A stretch of 64,000 bases of DNA from Camelus dromedarius (taxonomy: Eukaryota), in NCBI RefSeq assembly GCF_036321535.1, contig NC_087437.1:113958001-114022000 (forward strand). The letters run 5' to 3'. The position numbers and the translations under genes are program-made. Below, piece after piece: positions 50,590 through 62,299 of this stretch; positions within the stretch are counted from its first letter, which is position 1; every line of letters begins with the position of its first letter. The notes beneath the pieces were generated by a model. The model saw only the letters and a list, made by a program, of their open reading frames with translations. It had not been told where the DNA came from and did not search any database.

Positions 50590-50680
50590 GTCAGGAAGTC
50601 TGGGCTTAGTTTCAGCTTTGCCACTCTCTGGGTGACCTTGCAAGTTACTTTACTTCCTAGAACCTCAGTTTCCTAAACTA
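50590..50680 (+). mobile_element. MIR fragment
   Basis: GGGTGACCTTGCAAGTTACTTTACTTCCTAGAACCTCAGTTTCC, the MIR core. Confidence 0.7.
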
Positions 50681-51099
50681 GTTTACAAAAGGTTTGAAGG
50701 AGGTCATCCATCTCCAGGTCCCTCTAGCTCTCCTCTTTGCCTGGCTCTATGGCTAGCCTAGGGACATCACCAAAGCTAGGAGGCCCCAGAGGGAGAGAGG
50801 GTTACCCCAAATATCCTCTAGATCCTTTTGAAAGTTCTCAGAGGGCTGGCTCTCCCCATGTCTAGGATACAAACATTTCAGTGTTTATGGGCTTCATTCT
50901 ACGATTCCCTTGTTGCCTGTGGCTGAGACCGAAATTGTTCACTCCTTATGGGCGGGACCACAGAAGTGAAATTCTCTTTCAACAACCCACCGCACATCAC
51001 CCACTGGAGCTAGATGTTTTAGAAAGCTCTCTCTCTGTTGATCATTATTTTCAAGAGATGACTTCAGAATATCACCTGGCTAGTATTCCTAAGACTTCC

Positions 51100-51410
51100 T
51101 GTATTACTAAAGATCATCCTTGGAAATTACACCTTCCTCCCACCTCACCACCTGCCATTCCTGCTCTGCCTTCCCCAGAACACTTTTTATCCACAGCACT
51201 TATCATAATCCAGCACATTATTCACCTTACGTATGGATGATGCGTACTTTCTGTTTCCCTTGATAATAACGTCAGCTGTATGAACGCAAGACTTTCGGCT
51301 TTGATCACTCATACATCCTCAGTGCCTGAACCAGTGTCCGACAATCTGTAGGCATTCAGTGGGGTTTGTTGTTTTTTGTTTTTTGGGTTTATTTGGATAA
51401 ATGACTGAAG
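51100..51410 (+). mobile_element. L2 LINE 3' end
   Basis: CACAGCACTTATCA...TCAGCTGTATGAA...CATCCTCAGTGCCTGAACCAGTG...GTAGGCATTCAGT. Confidence 0.6.
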
Positions 51411-51762
51411 GGCAACATCTAGAACTGGTAGCAGTCACGGCCCTTCTGAACCCAGCTCAGGGCCTGGCACACAGCAGATACTGAGTGGCTGTTTGTTGAG
51501 GGAATACATGATTGTCTGTCACATCACAGGTCCACGGCCCTTTACTGAGGGTCCCTAAATACAGATATAGATTAAGTGATTCAGAAAGTGAAAGGACTTG
51601 ATCAAATTAACATGAATTAGAAGTGCAGACTCACATTCCCTGCCCCAGTATCCAACTCACACAGCCTTAAAAAGCAGAACATCAATAGTGACTTGGTGGA
51701 AATTAAGCAGAAAAAGAACTACTGTAGAACAATCCGGCTGAGGGTTCTTGGCCCTGTTAGAG

Positions 51763-52368
51763 CATGGTAACAGAATTCTACCATGGTCCCAAAATGCCCT
51801 CCCTTGGTGTACACATGCCCTAAATAACCTCTTTCTCTGAATGGGAGCAGAAACTGTGATTATGGTGTCAGTGCTGGGATCATGGTCATTTATATGGCAA
51901 AGGGAAATTGACTGGGGGTGGGCCTGGCCTCATCAGGTGAAGCCTTTTAAAGTGAGTTTCTCTGGCTGGTTGCTGAGGAAGACATCAGAGATATGCTCTT
52001 GCTGGCCTGGAAGAAGGCGCAACTACCATGCTGTGAATCACTGACAAGACCTCACGGTGAGAAACAGCAGGCAGCCTCTAGCAGCTGAAAGCAGTCCTAA
52101 GCCAACCCATAGCAAGAAAATGAGGACTTCAGTCCTACAACCACAAGGATATGAGTTCCACAAACTATGGGATTGGAAGTAGGCCCTGAGCCGCAGATGA
52201 TGACCATAGAGCAGCCAACATCCTCCCCGTGGCTTGTGATTCTCCAAGCAGACAACCCCCTACACGACGCCTGGACTTCTTGCCTCCAGAAACTGTGAGA
52301 TCATAGACCTTGGTGTTAAGTCACTTAGTTTGTGTTAATTCATTACACGGCAATAGAAAACTATTGCA
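51763..52368 (+). mobile_element. MLT1E-like MaLR solo LTR
   Basis: Starts CAGAATTCTACCATGGTCCC...TGGTGTACAC; contains AGCAAGAAAATGAGGACTTCAGTCCTACAACCACAAGGA; ends GCAATAGAAAACTATTGCA. Confidence 0.85.
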
Positions 52369-52419
52369 TATGGTTAGCAAGCTGAGTTCAGTTGCTAATG
52401 GCTAAAAGGATGAATAAAT

Positions 52420-52645
52420 AGAGGTTACTGGGGTTTGGGGAAGGACAGGTTTGGGGGTGGGGAGGGAGAGCCACTGTTTAACGAGTACAGAGTGTCCGTT
52501 GGGTGTGATGAGAAAGTTCTGAGTATGGATAGTGGTGATAGTTACACAGCATCGTAAATGCATTCATGCCACTGAGTTGTCCACTTACAAATGGTTAAAA
52601 TGATAAATATTATGTATATTTTATCATGATTTTTAAAAAGGAAAA
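52420..52645 (+). mobile_element. L1MB-like 3' end
   Basis: GATGAGAAAGTTCTG...GGATAGTGGTGATAGTTACACAGCA...GCCACTGAGTTGTCCACTTACAAATGGTTAAAATG. Confidence 0.85.
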
Positions 52646-52849
52646 AGATAGATGAATACATAAAGTAAAAAGAATATTGGCTCACTCTATTTCTTTGATT
52701 ATGGCCAAGGCCATTCTTTCCAGATCCTTAACCTCAGCTCTAGTCAAGATAAATTCTAATTAATTTAAATTACTCTTCTATATGGGGAAAAAAATCTATT
52801 TTTAAGAATATTCTTAAATACACATTCAAAGCCCTGCAATATATTAATA

Positions 52850-53080
52850 ATAATAGCAATAATAATATGAAACTGGCATCCTTTATTGGGCATCCCCAGC
52901 GTATCACCACCACTTCAGCACTTTGCACACATCCTTTCATTTAGGGCTCACAGCTCTGAGGAGATAAAGTAGGAAAGAGCTCAGAGTGGGTGATACTTTG
53001 TCTGAAGTCACACAGCCAATGAGTGAGTGATGGGGTTTGAACTCAAGCTCCTTTGATTCCAAGGTATGTCAAATGCCCTC
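52850..53080 (-). mobile_element. MIR SINE fragment
   Basis: (AAT)n...GCACTTTGCACACAT...GAAGTCACACAGCCAATGAGTG...GGGTTTGAACTCAAG. Confidence 0.65.
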
Positions 53081-55600
53081 CATTTAAGACACCCTGACTT
53101 TCTATTCATTGCAATTCTGCAAAATGAACAGCACAGTGGGTGGGCCAGAGTTTCTCCCACGTCCTCTTTCTCCAGTAGTCTGGAAACCATACCCTCCATC
53201 GGGGTAGAAGGAAAGCAGGCGTCTGTGTGTCAGAAGGAGTCATCGGAGGTGGGCACTTGACGATGCACAGAAATTTGAAAACAAGCACACACGGTCACAC
53301 ACATACTCAGACAAAGCGGGAGACGAAAGGCCTTGTGCCAGCGTTAATGGGCAAATTCAAAATCAAGGCCAACTCATCTGGGTGGTGTGAGGTCCTGTCC
53401 TCGTTTATAACGCCAATAAACAACTGGGAACAAAAAGACACCCTAGACAGTTACCTACAGAAAAACATTCTGGAAAGAGCAGAGCATTGCTTCTCAAAAG
53501 AATTTGAGTTTTCATTCTCGCCGGGTGCCCCCTTAAAAATTTAAATCCTCTTTCACTACAGTATCTTTTACTCAAAACGTAAAATAAAATAATGAAAGCT
53601 GTCTCTGGCTCACACAACATCCAAATATTTTGAGTACTCACAGTACCAAAATATATGTAAAATATATAAACACATTTGTAACCCTAGTTCTGCAAAGGTC
53701 CTTTATCTCTCAGATATTTTGCAATGGTTTCCATAACCTGGGATACTGCTTGTAAAATTTATCTTGACAAGCTAACAGATTTTCCCAAAGAGTTGCCAAG
53801 AATAATTTTCAAGAAAAGATGGCTTAACCCAGTTTTCTTGTGTATTTAGGAAAAGACAGGATATACATTTATATCCTTAAGAAGCAAACTATCCAACTTT
53901 TTTCCCAACATGAGCTTAAACATGTTTGGAAGAAGAAAAATAACTCAGCTAAAGTATTAAATAGGCAATTCTGTTTTGCTCTGATTGTCTGGAAGTGCTT
54001 AATGATAAGGGAAAAAAAACAAAAAAATCAGCTGCAAAATAAGCATATAAGTAAAAACATTCTGTTATTTCTTTCAAAAATAAACTAATTGGGAACTGAC
54101 ATATTAAGAATGACATCTTCTGGGCCTAGAATGTTCAGAGAAAGAGTTATTCTAGCTAAGACAATGTTTGAATAACTAAATCCTGTTTTTCTAAAAAAAA
54201 ATCTCTTTTTCTTTGGAGCATAATGGAAAATTAAAATTTTTAAGACCAAAAGTCTGAGTCTAATCTCCTTTTCCCTTGAAGTGTGCTAACTTAAATCTTT
54301 CTGAAATCTGTCTGTTATTTTAAAATGTTCATCCCAAACATTAATTATTCTGTGGTCCTGTAAACAAACACACAGAGGTGCTACTGACCCCAGTGGGACT
54401 TAAATTGTCCATTCACGGAATGTTCCCAAAAGGATTTGTGCTTTTTCGAACTGAGGTTTGTCTTCTTAATCTGTAATTTCTAAGGACACTGGACCTCAAA
54501 CTGGTACTTTTCCAACTGGTATTCATGCCTAGCCTTTTCCTGCCTTGTTCTATTTATCATCTAAAGCAAGACTTGAAGTCAAGGACAGTTTCACCTGGGG
54601 GGTGGGGGAAGGGGTGTCCGCCCTTCTCCTGGGGTGCCCGCCCTTCTACTGGGGTGCCCGGGCTCTCTGGCAGCACTTGTGTCACAGCCCCTGCACTTGT
54701 CACTTAGGTTGGACCCACTCCCAAGGTGCAGCTCCCCGGGGGGCTGAGGCTGTCATACCTCTGGTAGGTGGAGAGAGGGGAAGGAGGAGAATTGAATGAA
54801 CCATCATGCTTTGCTCTTTAAAAAAGATGCTCAGCCCCATTCATAGAAAAATGGTCCCTGTGGCAAACTTGAAAGCAAATTCTGTCGAAGAGAATTGAGC
54901 TGGTTCATGGGCAGTTGGGAACAGACTGAGTATCAGCTTTAAAGGGAAGTGGTAAGGAAGATGGTGGTCCCACTGGTGAGGTTTCTGAGCTGTGAGAATA
55001 CTGTTGCTACGGGTGTCAGGAGTGAAAAATGGAGAGAATGAAACTCCTAAAAGCAAGGCTGTCCCTCACGGTGAAAGGTACTCCTCGCAAGCCAGACTGT
55101 CCTCAGGACCATTTGACAGTAACTCCGAGTGACCTAAGAGGAGCTTTGGGTTCAGTCGACTGTGACTTAGATACCCAGATGGGCTAAAATGAAAAGTCCC
55201 AGCTCATAGCCAATTTCTTCAATGAGAGATCTGGTTAAAGAAGTTAAGGAAGTTCTGGGACGTTGAAAAAAAGAGACGCTTCCAGAAACATCTGGGCATA
55301 TTGAGAAATGTCTGGAGCTCAGCAACACAGAGCACAGGCTAAGGGGGGCGCGCGGGCCACAAGCCGAGCAGGGAGAAGGAAAAGAGAAGAAATGAAACAA
55401 ATGGTTTAAGAGTATATATTTTCCCCCCAAACTGAGGCCAACCTGGAAAACGTTAGCAACTTGCTGGACAGCCTCACTCTCGCTTTGCATTTCCGGCTGT
55501 TTTTCCTTCGGGTGACACCCAGCCTTAGAGGGGCCTCAAACCTCTCCTTGAGAAGGGCTTCTAGACATTTCGCAAGGAGTGAGTGAACCCCAAGGACAAG

Positions 55601-56003
55601 CAAGCTCAGATTAGGGTGAGGAGAGCGAGGCCTTTGCCTGGGGCACAAAAAATATAAGGAAGAACCAAAACAATGAAGTAATATTTTAACGCACGATTTT
55701 AAAAAGTCAAAATCCATGGCAAAGCTCACAATGAACAAAATAACAGAGTTTTAAATAAAAGCAGACTCTGGGTTCCTGATTCTTCCTTTTGCCTCGGGTT
55801 CAGACAGGGCTTGGCGTGGCACTGTTACTGATTATATTATTCAGATTTTTGGTATCTGGTTCATTTGGATTTCTCTGTTATTTTGATTTTTAAAAATATT
55901 GCATTAAAGTAATTGTTTATAGTGACGACTCAGGTTTTTTGTGCCCCCTTAAATGATGTGGCCAAAACCACAATTCACTGACCTCACCCTCATCCAGGTT
56001 CTG
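55601..56003. mobile_element. MER96B-like palindromic hAT element
   Basis: Inverted ends GATTAGGGTGAGG ... CCTCACCCTCATC; arm TAATATTTTAACGCACGATTTTAAAAAGTCAAAAT mirrors ATTTTGATTTTTAAAAATATTGCATTAAAGTAATT. Confidence 0.8.
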
Positions 56004-56815
56004 ACCTGACCACAGGGGGATAAAAGCAAAGATAAGGTTGGGAGGCAACCCCATACGTGTGTGCCCAAGGCAGGCAAAACCCCAGAGACCATTTTAAGTT
56101 AGAGACGTGATAACTCCCTATTTGCAACAGCCACCAGGACATCTGTGACTGCTTCTAAAATTTTCCCATGTGCATGTTTCTAAATGAACTCTGGATCCTG
56201 ACTTTGTAATGCAGGAAAGCAAAGATAAAAAAAAAAAATCATTAGCAAAATTCATCTAGTCAACGTAATATTGGCGAGGATGTCCAAGCCAGTATCTTAA
56301 CTTCCATTTTAAGAGCAAAATTTTAACTTTTTCAAAAAAATAGATCTTTCCCTCTCTCAAATTCCAAGATTCTAGTGTCTCTGTGACTCTCTTGCCATGG
56401 GCTTGACTTTTTGAAATCACAGAGGCAAACCTTCCCTGTATATGCTGCCTTCTAATACAACACAGAAGAATAGTTTTAAAGCACCTAAAATTAGAATTGC
56501 TTTCACCTTTGTTTCTACACATCAAAAAAGAGGAAATATCCTATAAAATGACCAAAAAATGTCTAGCCACAAGCAAATGAGTTAAGAAAACAGCGTCTAT
56601 AAATACTTTGGTTAAATGCCCTAGGGCTTGAAATCTTCGTTAACTCGAAACATTTTACACAAGATTCATCATTAACATACATCAACACGTAAAATGTGTA
56701 ATAATTCTAAAATTACCCTGTTACTGAACTGTTCAGGTCTCTATCCAAGCTGCACGATGGAGGCCCGCCAGTGGTGGTTTCTCTACACGGGCTGGCTGCG
56801 GCACAAGGAAAGGTC

Positions 56816-56835
56816 GCTCTGCCACCTATTGGTCT
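56816..56835 (-). promoter_or_regulatory. Candidate CTCF-binding site
   Basis: Minus strand GACCAATAGGTGGCAGAG matches the core CCASYAGRKGGCRS at 13/14 positions, in unique CpG-retaining sequence. Motif evidence only. Confidence 0.4.
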
Positions 56836-57599
56836 TCTGCGTGAAATAGATTTGATCACACCTGGAAGCAAGGCTTTACCTGCGCCTGGACTTGGGAAAG
56901 GTGTCACTGCAGCAAACCGCACAAGCCAACCTGTCCGGTTCTCTTGCAAACCTTTGACCAGGATTGGGTTCTCCCCCTGGAAACTGGCAGGGCTCCCTCT
57001 GATGCCACAGCAGCGCACCCAGATCTCAGAGATAAGTGACCACGTCCCTCAGCTTCTGTGTATGGGGCAAGTGTGGACAACTCAGGGGGCCATTGGCTGC
57101 TGAACAAATGCTTGCCGGCCCCACCTCGGCTCCCGGGCATCCAGGCTGAGCTCATCCTTGGCTCTCTGTCTGTGTGCTGAGCATTGGAGACTGAGTTGCC
57201 CTCCCCGTTGCTCAGATGACAAATATAGCAAAGAAATACAGTAGTGTCGCTGACCACTTGGACAAGCCCAGGGAATTCTGTGAATTCTGTGCGAGAGCCC
57301 ACCTCAACCTAGTTTCTCAATCGGGAATTTTCTGAATTCCTTAGAATGAGACTAACACAGCCGGGGTGGAAACACCAAGGGCCAAACGCTGACTCTTGAT
57401 TTTCTCTTAGTGCTTATTAAACAGCACCAAGCACTGCATTTTATTTCCCCATGAAGGATGGGTCAAGGGATTCACACCACCTGTGTTTCCAGCGGTGACG
57501 TGACAAATGTGTAGCACTAAACCGTGGACAGTCTTATGGCATCTGAACACCTCCTACATGCCAACCCCCAACAATGCCGCCACGTCTTCCTGCTTCCTG

Positions 57600-57810
57600 G
57601 CCTCTCGACCAGACCTCCCTGGTTCAAGTCTCATCCCCCAGCCCAAAGGCCACCAACCCATTCCCCAAGCGGCCTCCAGAGTGTTTTTGCCAAGACACAG
57701 AGCTGACCCTATCATTCTCTTGTTTCAGAATCTTCAGCAGCTCCCAGGCCAAAAGACCTTCAGATCTTCCTTGTGGAATGAATAAGGGACCTTCTAAGGT
57801 TTTACCCTCC
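57600..57810 (+). mobile_element. L2 LINE fragment
   Basis: GCCTCCAGAGTGTTTTTG...CTGACCCTATCATTCTCTTGTTTCAGAATCTTCAGCAGCTCCC. Confidence 0.5.
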
Positions 57811-58782
57811 TCTGCAGCATCCTGTCCCACCAATCCCTTAATCAGCCGAATCCACAGTGGGGTGGAGGGGCTATTAGAACCATTAGACCCAGGACAGCAG
57901 AGATGCTATAAGAACGAAGCCTTCACTTGAATATTAAAATTTTCAAGACACAATAGGGTTTTAAAAATCTTTTAAAGTCCATTAACAGAGGTAATAAAAC
58001 AGGAGAAAAGTAAAGACACGAAAACTAAATCAGTGGTGTTGGCATTGGAATGGGGGGAGGGGCAGACTGGCATGTATGTAATTTAGAATTTTCGGGACCT
58101 AGTAAAATTGTCTTTATCCTTTTGGTAGCTTATATTTAAAACGCAATTTTAAAAGCTCTAGTATTATAACCTTCACTGTATTTAACTAACCTCTAAATAA
58201 GTAAAATAAGGTTTGCAGGACTCTTTTGCTATGGAGAAGTATACAGAAAGATCAAAGTATTTCCAAATGTATTAAGGAGAATTATTTATGTCTTCTAAAA
58301 GATTATATCCCTGTGCAGTTTCATACGATAAGGACCTGGATTAACTTTGTTCTACAAAGAAGGAAAGCCTGCTGTATTATACGCTTTCCTATTGCCTCTA
58401 CAAGTGGAGTTAAAAGAACAAAGCGTTTTCCAGAAGGAATGAAGTTGTATCTGTCCTCTGTGCTTCCTAGAGATCAAAAGAGTCTTTTAGCAGTTTTATT
58501 GGCAATCTTCTGAGGCCTTCAGCTAATATTTCATTTCAGAAATGATGAGTGCTGGGTGGAGGGACAGCCTATTGTATTCAAGTAAGTGGCTGTCAATCAC
58601 ATTTTTTGAAAAATATTCCTAAACGCAAACGAACAAGAACATTTCTGGTTTCTCCCAGTTTGTATAATGGCATTCAGTTTGTTTAGAAGTCATCTCTCTT
58701 GTTTCTCTTACTCAACCTAAAGGCAAGTAGCATTCTATTTTTTGTTTTGTTTTGACCAAAATAGGTACAAATAAAACTTCAT

Positions 58783-59210
58783 CAGTATGTTTGTTTCCTG
58801 GGGCCATTGTAACAAAGCACCACACACTTGGCAGCTTAAACAATGGAAAGTTACTGTCGCAGGATTCTGGAAGTGAGGAGTCCTGGATCAAGGTGTCAGC
58901 AGGGCTGGTTCCTTCTGAGGCTGTGAGAGCCTCTCCTAGCTTCTGGCGGTTTGGGCGATCTTTGGTCTCCTTGACGTGCAGAAACTTCACCCCAGTCTTG
59001 TCTTCAGCTTCACATGGCGCCCTCCCCGTTTGCGGGTCTGCGTCCAGATTTCCCCTTTTTATAAGGACACCAGTCATATTAGACACAGGCCCACTGAATG
59101 ACCTCATTTGGCTGATTACATCTGAAAGGCTGTGTTTTCCAAGTCAGGGCAGCGTTCTGAGGCACACGCCAACATGTGGATTTTAGGAGGACATTATTTA
59201 ACCCGTAACA
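58783..59210 (-). mobile_element. MLT1C-like MaLR solo LTR
   Basis: GTAACAAAGCACCACACACTTGGCAGCTTAAACAA...ATCAAGGTGTCAGCAGGGCTGGTTCCTTCTGAGG...TTATAAGGACACCAGTCATATT...AACCCGTAACA. Confidence 0.9.
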
Positions 59211-59623
59211 ATTGGGAAACACTTTGAAGGGTATGCCTTAATTTATTTTTTTAAATCGAGAACCCCTAGTTGCCGTTGATGGTTTCCTTGTGATTCTTGG
59301 CTCCCGTGGTTCTCAGAGCCCCATTTAGTTCTGGGTCATCCACGAAAGCTCAGGGCCAGGCAAGGAAGGCTGCAATGGCAGAAGGTCTGACCTCTGAGAG
59401 CTGCAGCATCCAGACGGCTGAGCACACGAGGATCCTTGTACTCCCTGGACCTGCTCCTTTGGTGGAGCTGCGCTCTCACTTGGCGAGTCGTCCATCTCCT
59501 CTTAATGAGGCCAGTGCTTCCCCCCTGAGAGGCAAGATGAGAGCTTTCCCAGCCAGTGCTGCCCCACACCAACCTCCATCTTTTTATTTCCAGGTCTTTG
59601 TTCAAAATCACAAAAACGGTTCT

Positions 59624-59824
59624 AGGTGGGGAGGGTATAGCACAGTGGTAGAGCACGTGCTTAGCGTGCGCAAGGTCCTGGGTTCAATCCCCAGCACCTC
59701 CATTAAAAATAAATAAATAAAACCTAATTACCCTCACCCACAAAAAAGTACACAGTGTTGTATGTCAATTTTATCTCAATAAAACTGGAAGGAAAAAGAA
59801 TAGTTTTTTTTTTTTTTTAAAAAA
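59624..59824 (+). mobile_element. Camelid tRNA-Ala-derived SINE (Vic-1 type) with an embedded L1 3'-tail fragment
   Basis: GGGGAGGGTATAGCACAGTGGTAGAGC...GGTTCAATCCCCAGCACCTCCA, (AATAA)n CCTAATTACC; 10/12 TSD AAAAACGGTTCT / AAAGATGGTTCT. Confidence 0.9.
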
Positions 59825-60233
59825 AAAGATGGTTCTGTCTTGAATGTAAGCTCACATCAAATGCGCAGGGAAAAACATGATTTTTAGAATAACTTCACAA
59901 AAAAATGGAAACCCCTCAAATACAAAGTACCCATGTCCTTCTTAGTCAGCATAACTTTAATCATTTCCCCATCTTTGTCACAGGCTCCTCCTTAACTCGA
60001 TAAGATAATCCTCCACCCCCTACAATGTTTAGAGTACTGAGGATGCCAGCTTTATTTTGTCCCAGGAGAGGCTTTTCTGGCTCTTTCCTGAACTCTCCAG
60101 AGTTCATTTTACTAAACTAGAATAGCTTCTAGCTGCACTTCCTGGTCCACCATGAACCACCGGAGGCCTTTTAGTAACCAGTTGATTATCTAGGAGTCCC
60201 CATCTCATCTCCTCCCGCTTCTTCTTAGCCTGT

Positions 60234-60344
60234 TAGGGCGCCCATCCATCTCATCCTCACCTGCCCCGACTCTCCTAGCTTTAACTGAAAGTCCCAAGTG
60301 CTGGGAACCCCTCAGTCTCAGGCAAATCTGAAGGTCAGTGTCTT
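60234..60344 (-). mobile_element. MER81-like hAT-Blackjack MITE
   Basis: TAGGGCGCCCA...ACTGAAAGTCCCAAGTGCTGGGAACCCCTCAGTCTCAGGCAAA is the reverse complement of the MER81 body. Confidence 0.65.
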
Positions 60345-60499
60345 ACTGTTAACTTACTCTTCATGTAATATAATTTAGTCCATCAATAGCTTCAATATTC
60401 CTGGCTTGCAGCTAAAGCAGAATTTAAATGGATATTATCCCCAAAACAATAAACAAAAAAAAAAAAGTGAAATATACAGCAAATTAACCTGTTACTCCT

Positions 60500-61615
60500 T
60501 TCTTACCATTTTTTGGAACAACAGGGAACATAAATCCTGCTCTGGTTTCATCCTTTCTGGACCTCACTAAGGCTTCAGTTCTGATTTTCCATTCAGTAAT
60601 TCATGTCTTCATTTGTGTCTGCCATAATCATGTCCAAATCCACACTGTTGATACCTCCCCCCAAATCTCCAAAGGTCCTTTTTCCCACCCAGAGCTCACC
60701 TGCTCTTGGGAGAAAGCCAAGAGCCATTTTTGAAGGCGTCCTTTCTTCACCCCTTATCAGCCGCCCAACCACACTGACTCTTCCTTTCACAATAACAATA
60801 ACTCACATTGTGAGATGCTGCCTGGGCGGCAAAGTGTTCTTGCAAACCCGCGTTACTGGAGCTTCCTGGCTACGCAGGACAGCGGCGTGGTGAAGGGGTG
60901 TTATCTTTTCTTTTTACAGAAGCAAAAGCCAACCCAGCCACGCCAAAAGACGTGTCAAGTTCACACTGTTAGTAAGTGGCCAATTCTGCCTCTTGAACTT
61001 GGATCCCCTTCCCCATACTGCTGCTTCTTTTGAAAAGACTCTTGTATCCATTCCTCAGGTGTGTGTGCGTTCTCACCGCTGCCACCCTAGGCTAGGCTGT
61101 CACCACCTGCCACTCAGATTATCTGACTCCTAGCTGGTCTCCCTGCCCCTCAGCTGGCTCCATTCAAGCCATTATACATACGAGGACACAAGACTCCTTC
61201 TGAAACATTGATCTTATCCTGTCCCTGCTCTCTGAGAACTCTCCAGTCACTCCTCACCACACACAAGATGAAGTCCCAAATCGTCTGGTAACGAAACTCA
61301 TTCCAAATCTCTGCCCCATCTTCTCTGTTTGGCCTTACCCATTATGACTCTCAAATACGAACTCTCAGTCCATCCCTGATCCATCATGACTCTTAAACAC
61401 CAACTCTAAGTCCATCCCTGTCATGGCACATTGAGAGAACCCTCTAGAAGCAAAGTCACATCCATCCTCAGTGTCAGAGCTACTTTCTTTTTGCCTGGAC
61501 TGTCCATGTCCCTCCTCTGAACAACCCAAAATCCTTTTAGTTCAACTCAAGGTCCACTTCCTCAGAAGGTCTCACCCAGCAACTCCAGTCCCCTTTCATG
61601 GCCACCTTCAACAGG
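60500..61615 (+). mobile_element. L2 LINE fragments with a nested minus-strand MIR (about 60790-61025)
   Basis: CATGTCCAAATCCACACT, CTGCCACCCTAGGCTAGGCTGTCACC, TTTGCCTGGACTG, TCAACTCAAGGTCCACTTCCTCAG (L2); TTTTACAGAAGCAAAAGC, TCACACTGTTAGTAAGTGGC (MIR). Confidence 0.55.
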
Positions 61616-61618
61616 TCC

Positions 61619-62035
61619 TGTAACATTTTTGCAGATACAGGTGGGCTCAGTCAATACGTACTCCCATCCCTTCTAGTGTGCTCTTATCTGCAAAGTTAAA
61701 CAGTACATTCCCCAGACGCCCCAGCAACGCGGGCTCTTTCTGTTGGTGATAGGCTATGTTCTGCAAAGCAGACGCACCCAGAGTACTTGGAAGAGAGCAA
61801 CCAGGAGCATCCTCAGGAGGGGACATGAATCTTCTTTGTCATCTGTGGCAGTAGTGGTAGCAGCAATGACCTTTCTGCTAGAACAGCCCCAGGCTGTGAG
61901 TGGGTGTCTCCTGGCTTGTGTAGAGGCATGGTTCTCTGAACCTCTTAGAATTTCCAAAACTACCCTCTACGATGTAGCTTATGTAGCTACAGTTAGCTAG
62001 ACTGTATTCTGTTGTCCACAACTAAGAGTTTTGGG
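61619..62035 (+). mobile_element. LTR33-family ERVL solo LTR
   Basis: Starts TGTAACA; CCCTTCTAGTGTG, TACATTCCCAGACGCCCCAGCA, AGCAGACGCAC; ends AGCTAGACTGTATTCTGTTG. Confidence 0.65.
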
Positions 62036-62299
62036 GCACCCTCTACAATATTGCCCTGATTTTGGTGCCGCATGAAATGCCACCTTATGTCATGATCCTT
62101 TCATGTAAATCTTTGGTTGGCCAGACACTCTGTCTCCATGGAGATGCCTGTAGCTCCTTCTGCCTTCACGTCTACAAAGACGAACACCAGAATCATCACA
62201 TGCCAAGGACGCTGTCGGGCCGCAGTGGCAGGGGCAGAGATTTTGGAGAAGGAAAGAATAAACACTAGGTTGTCAACTTGGAGTACTCTCCCAGCAGTC

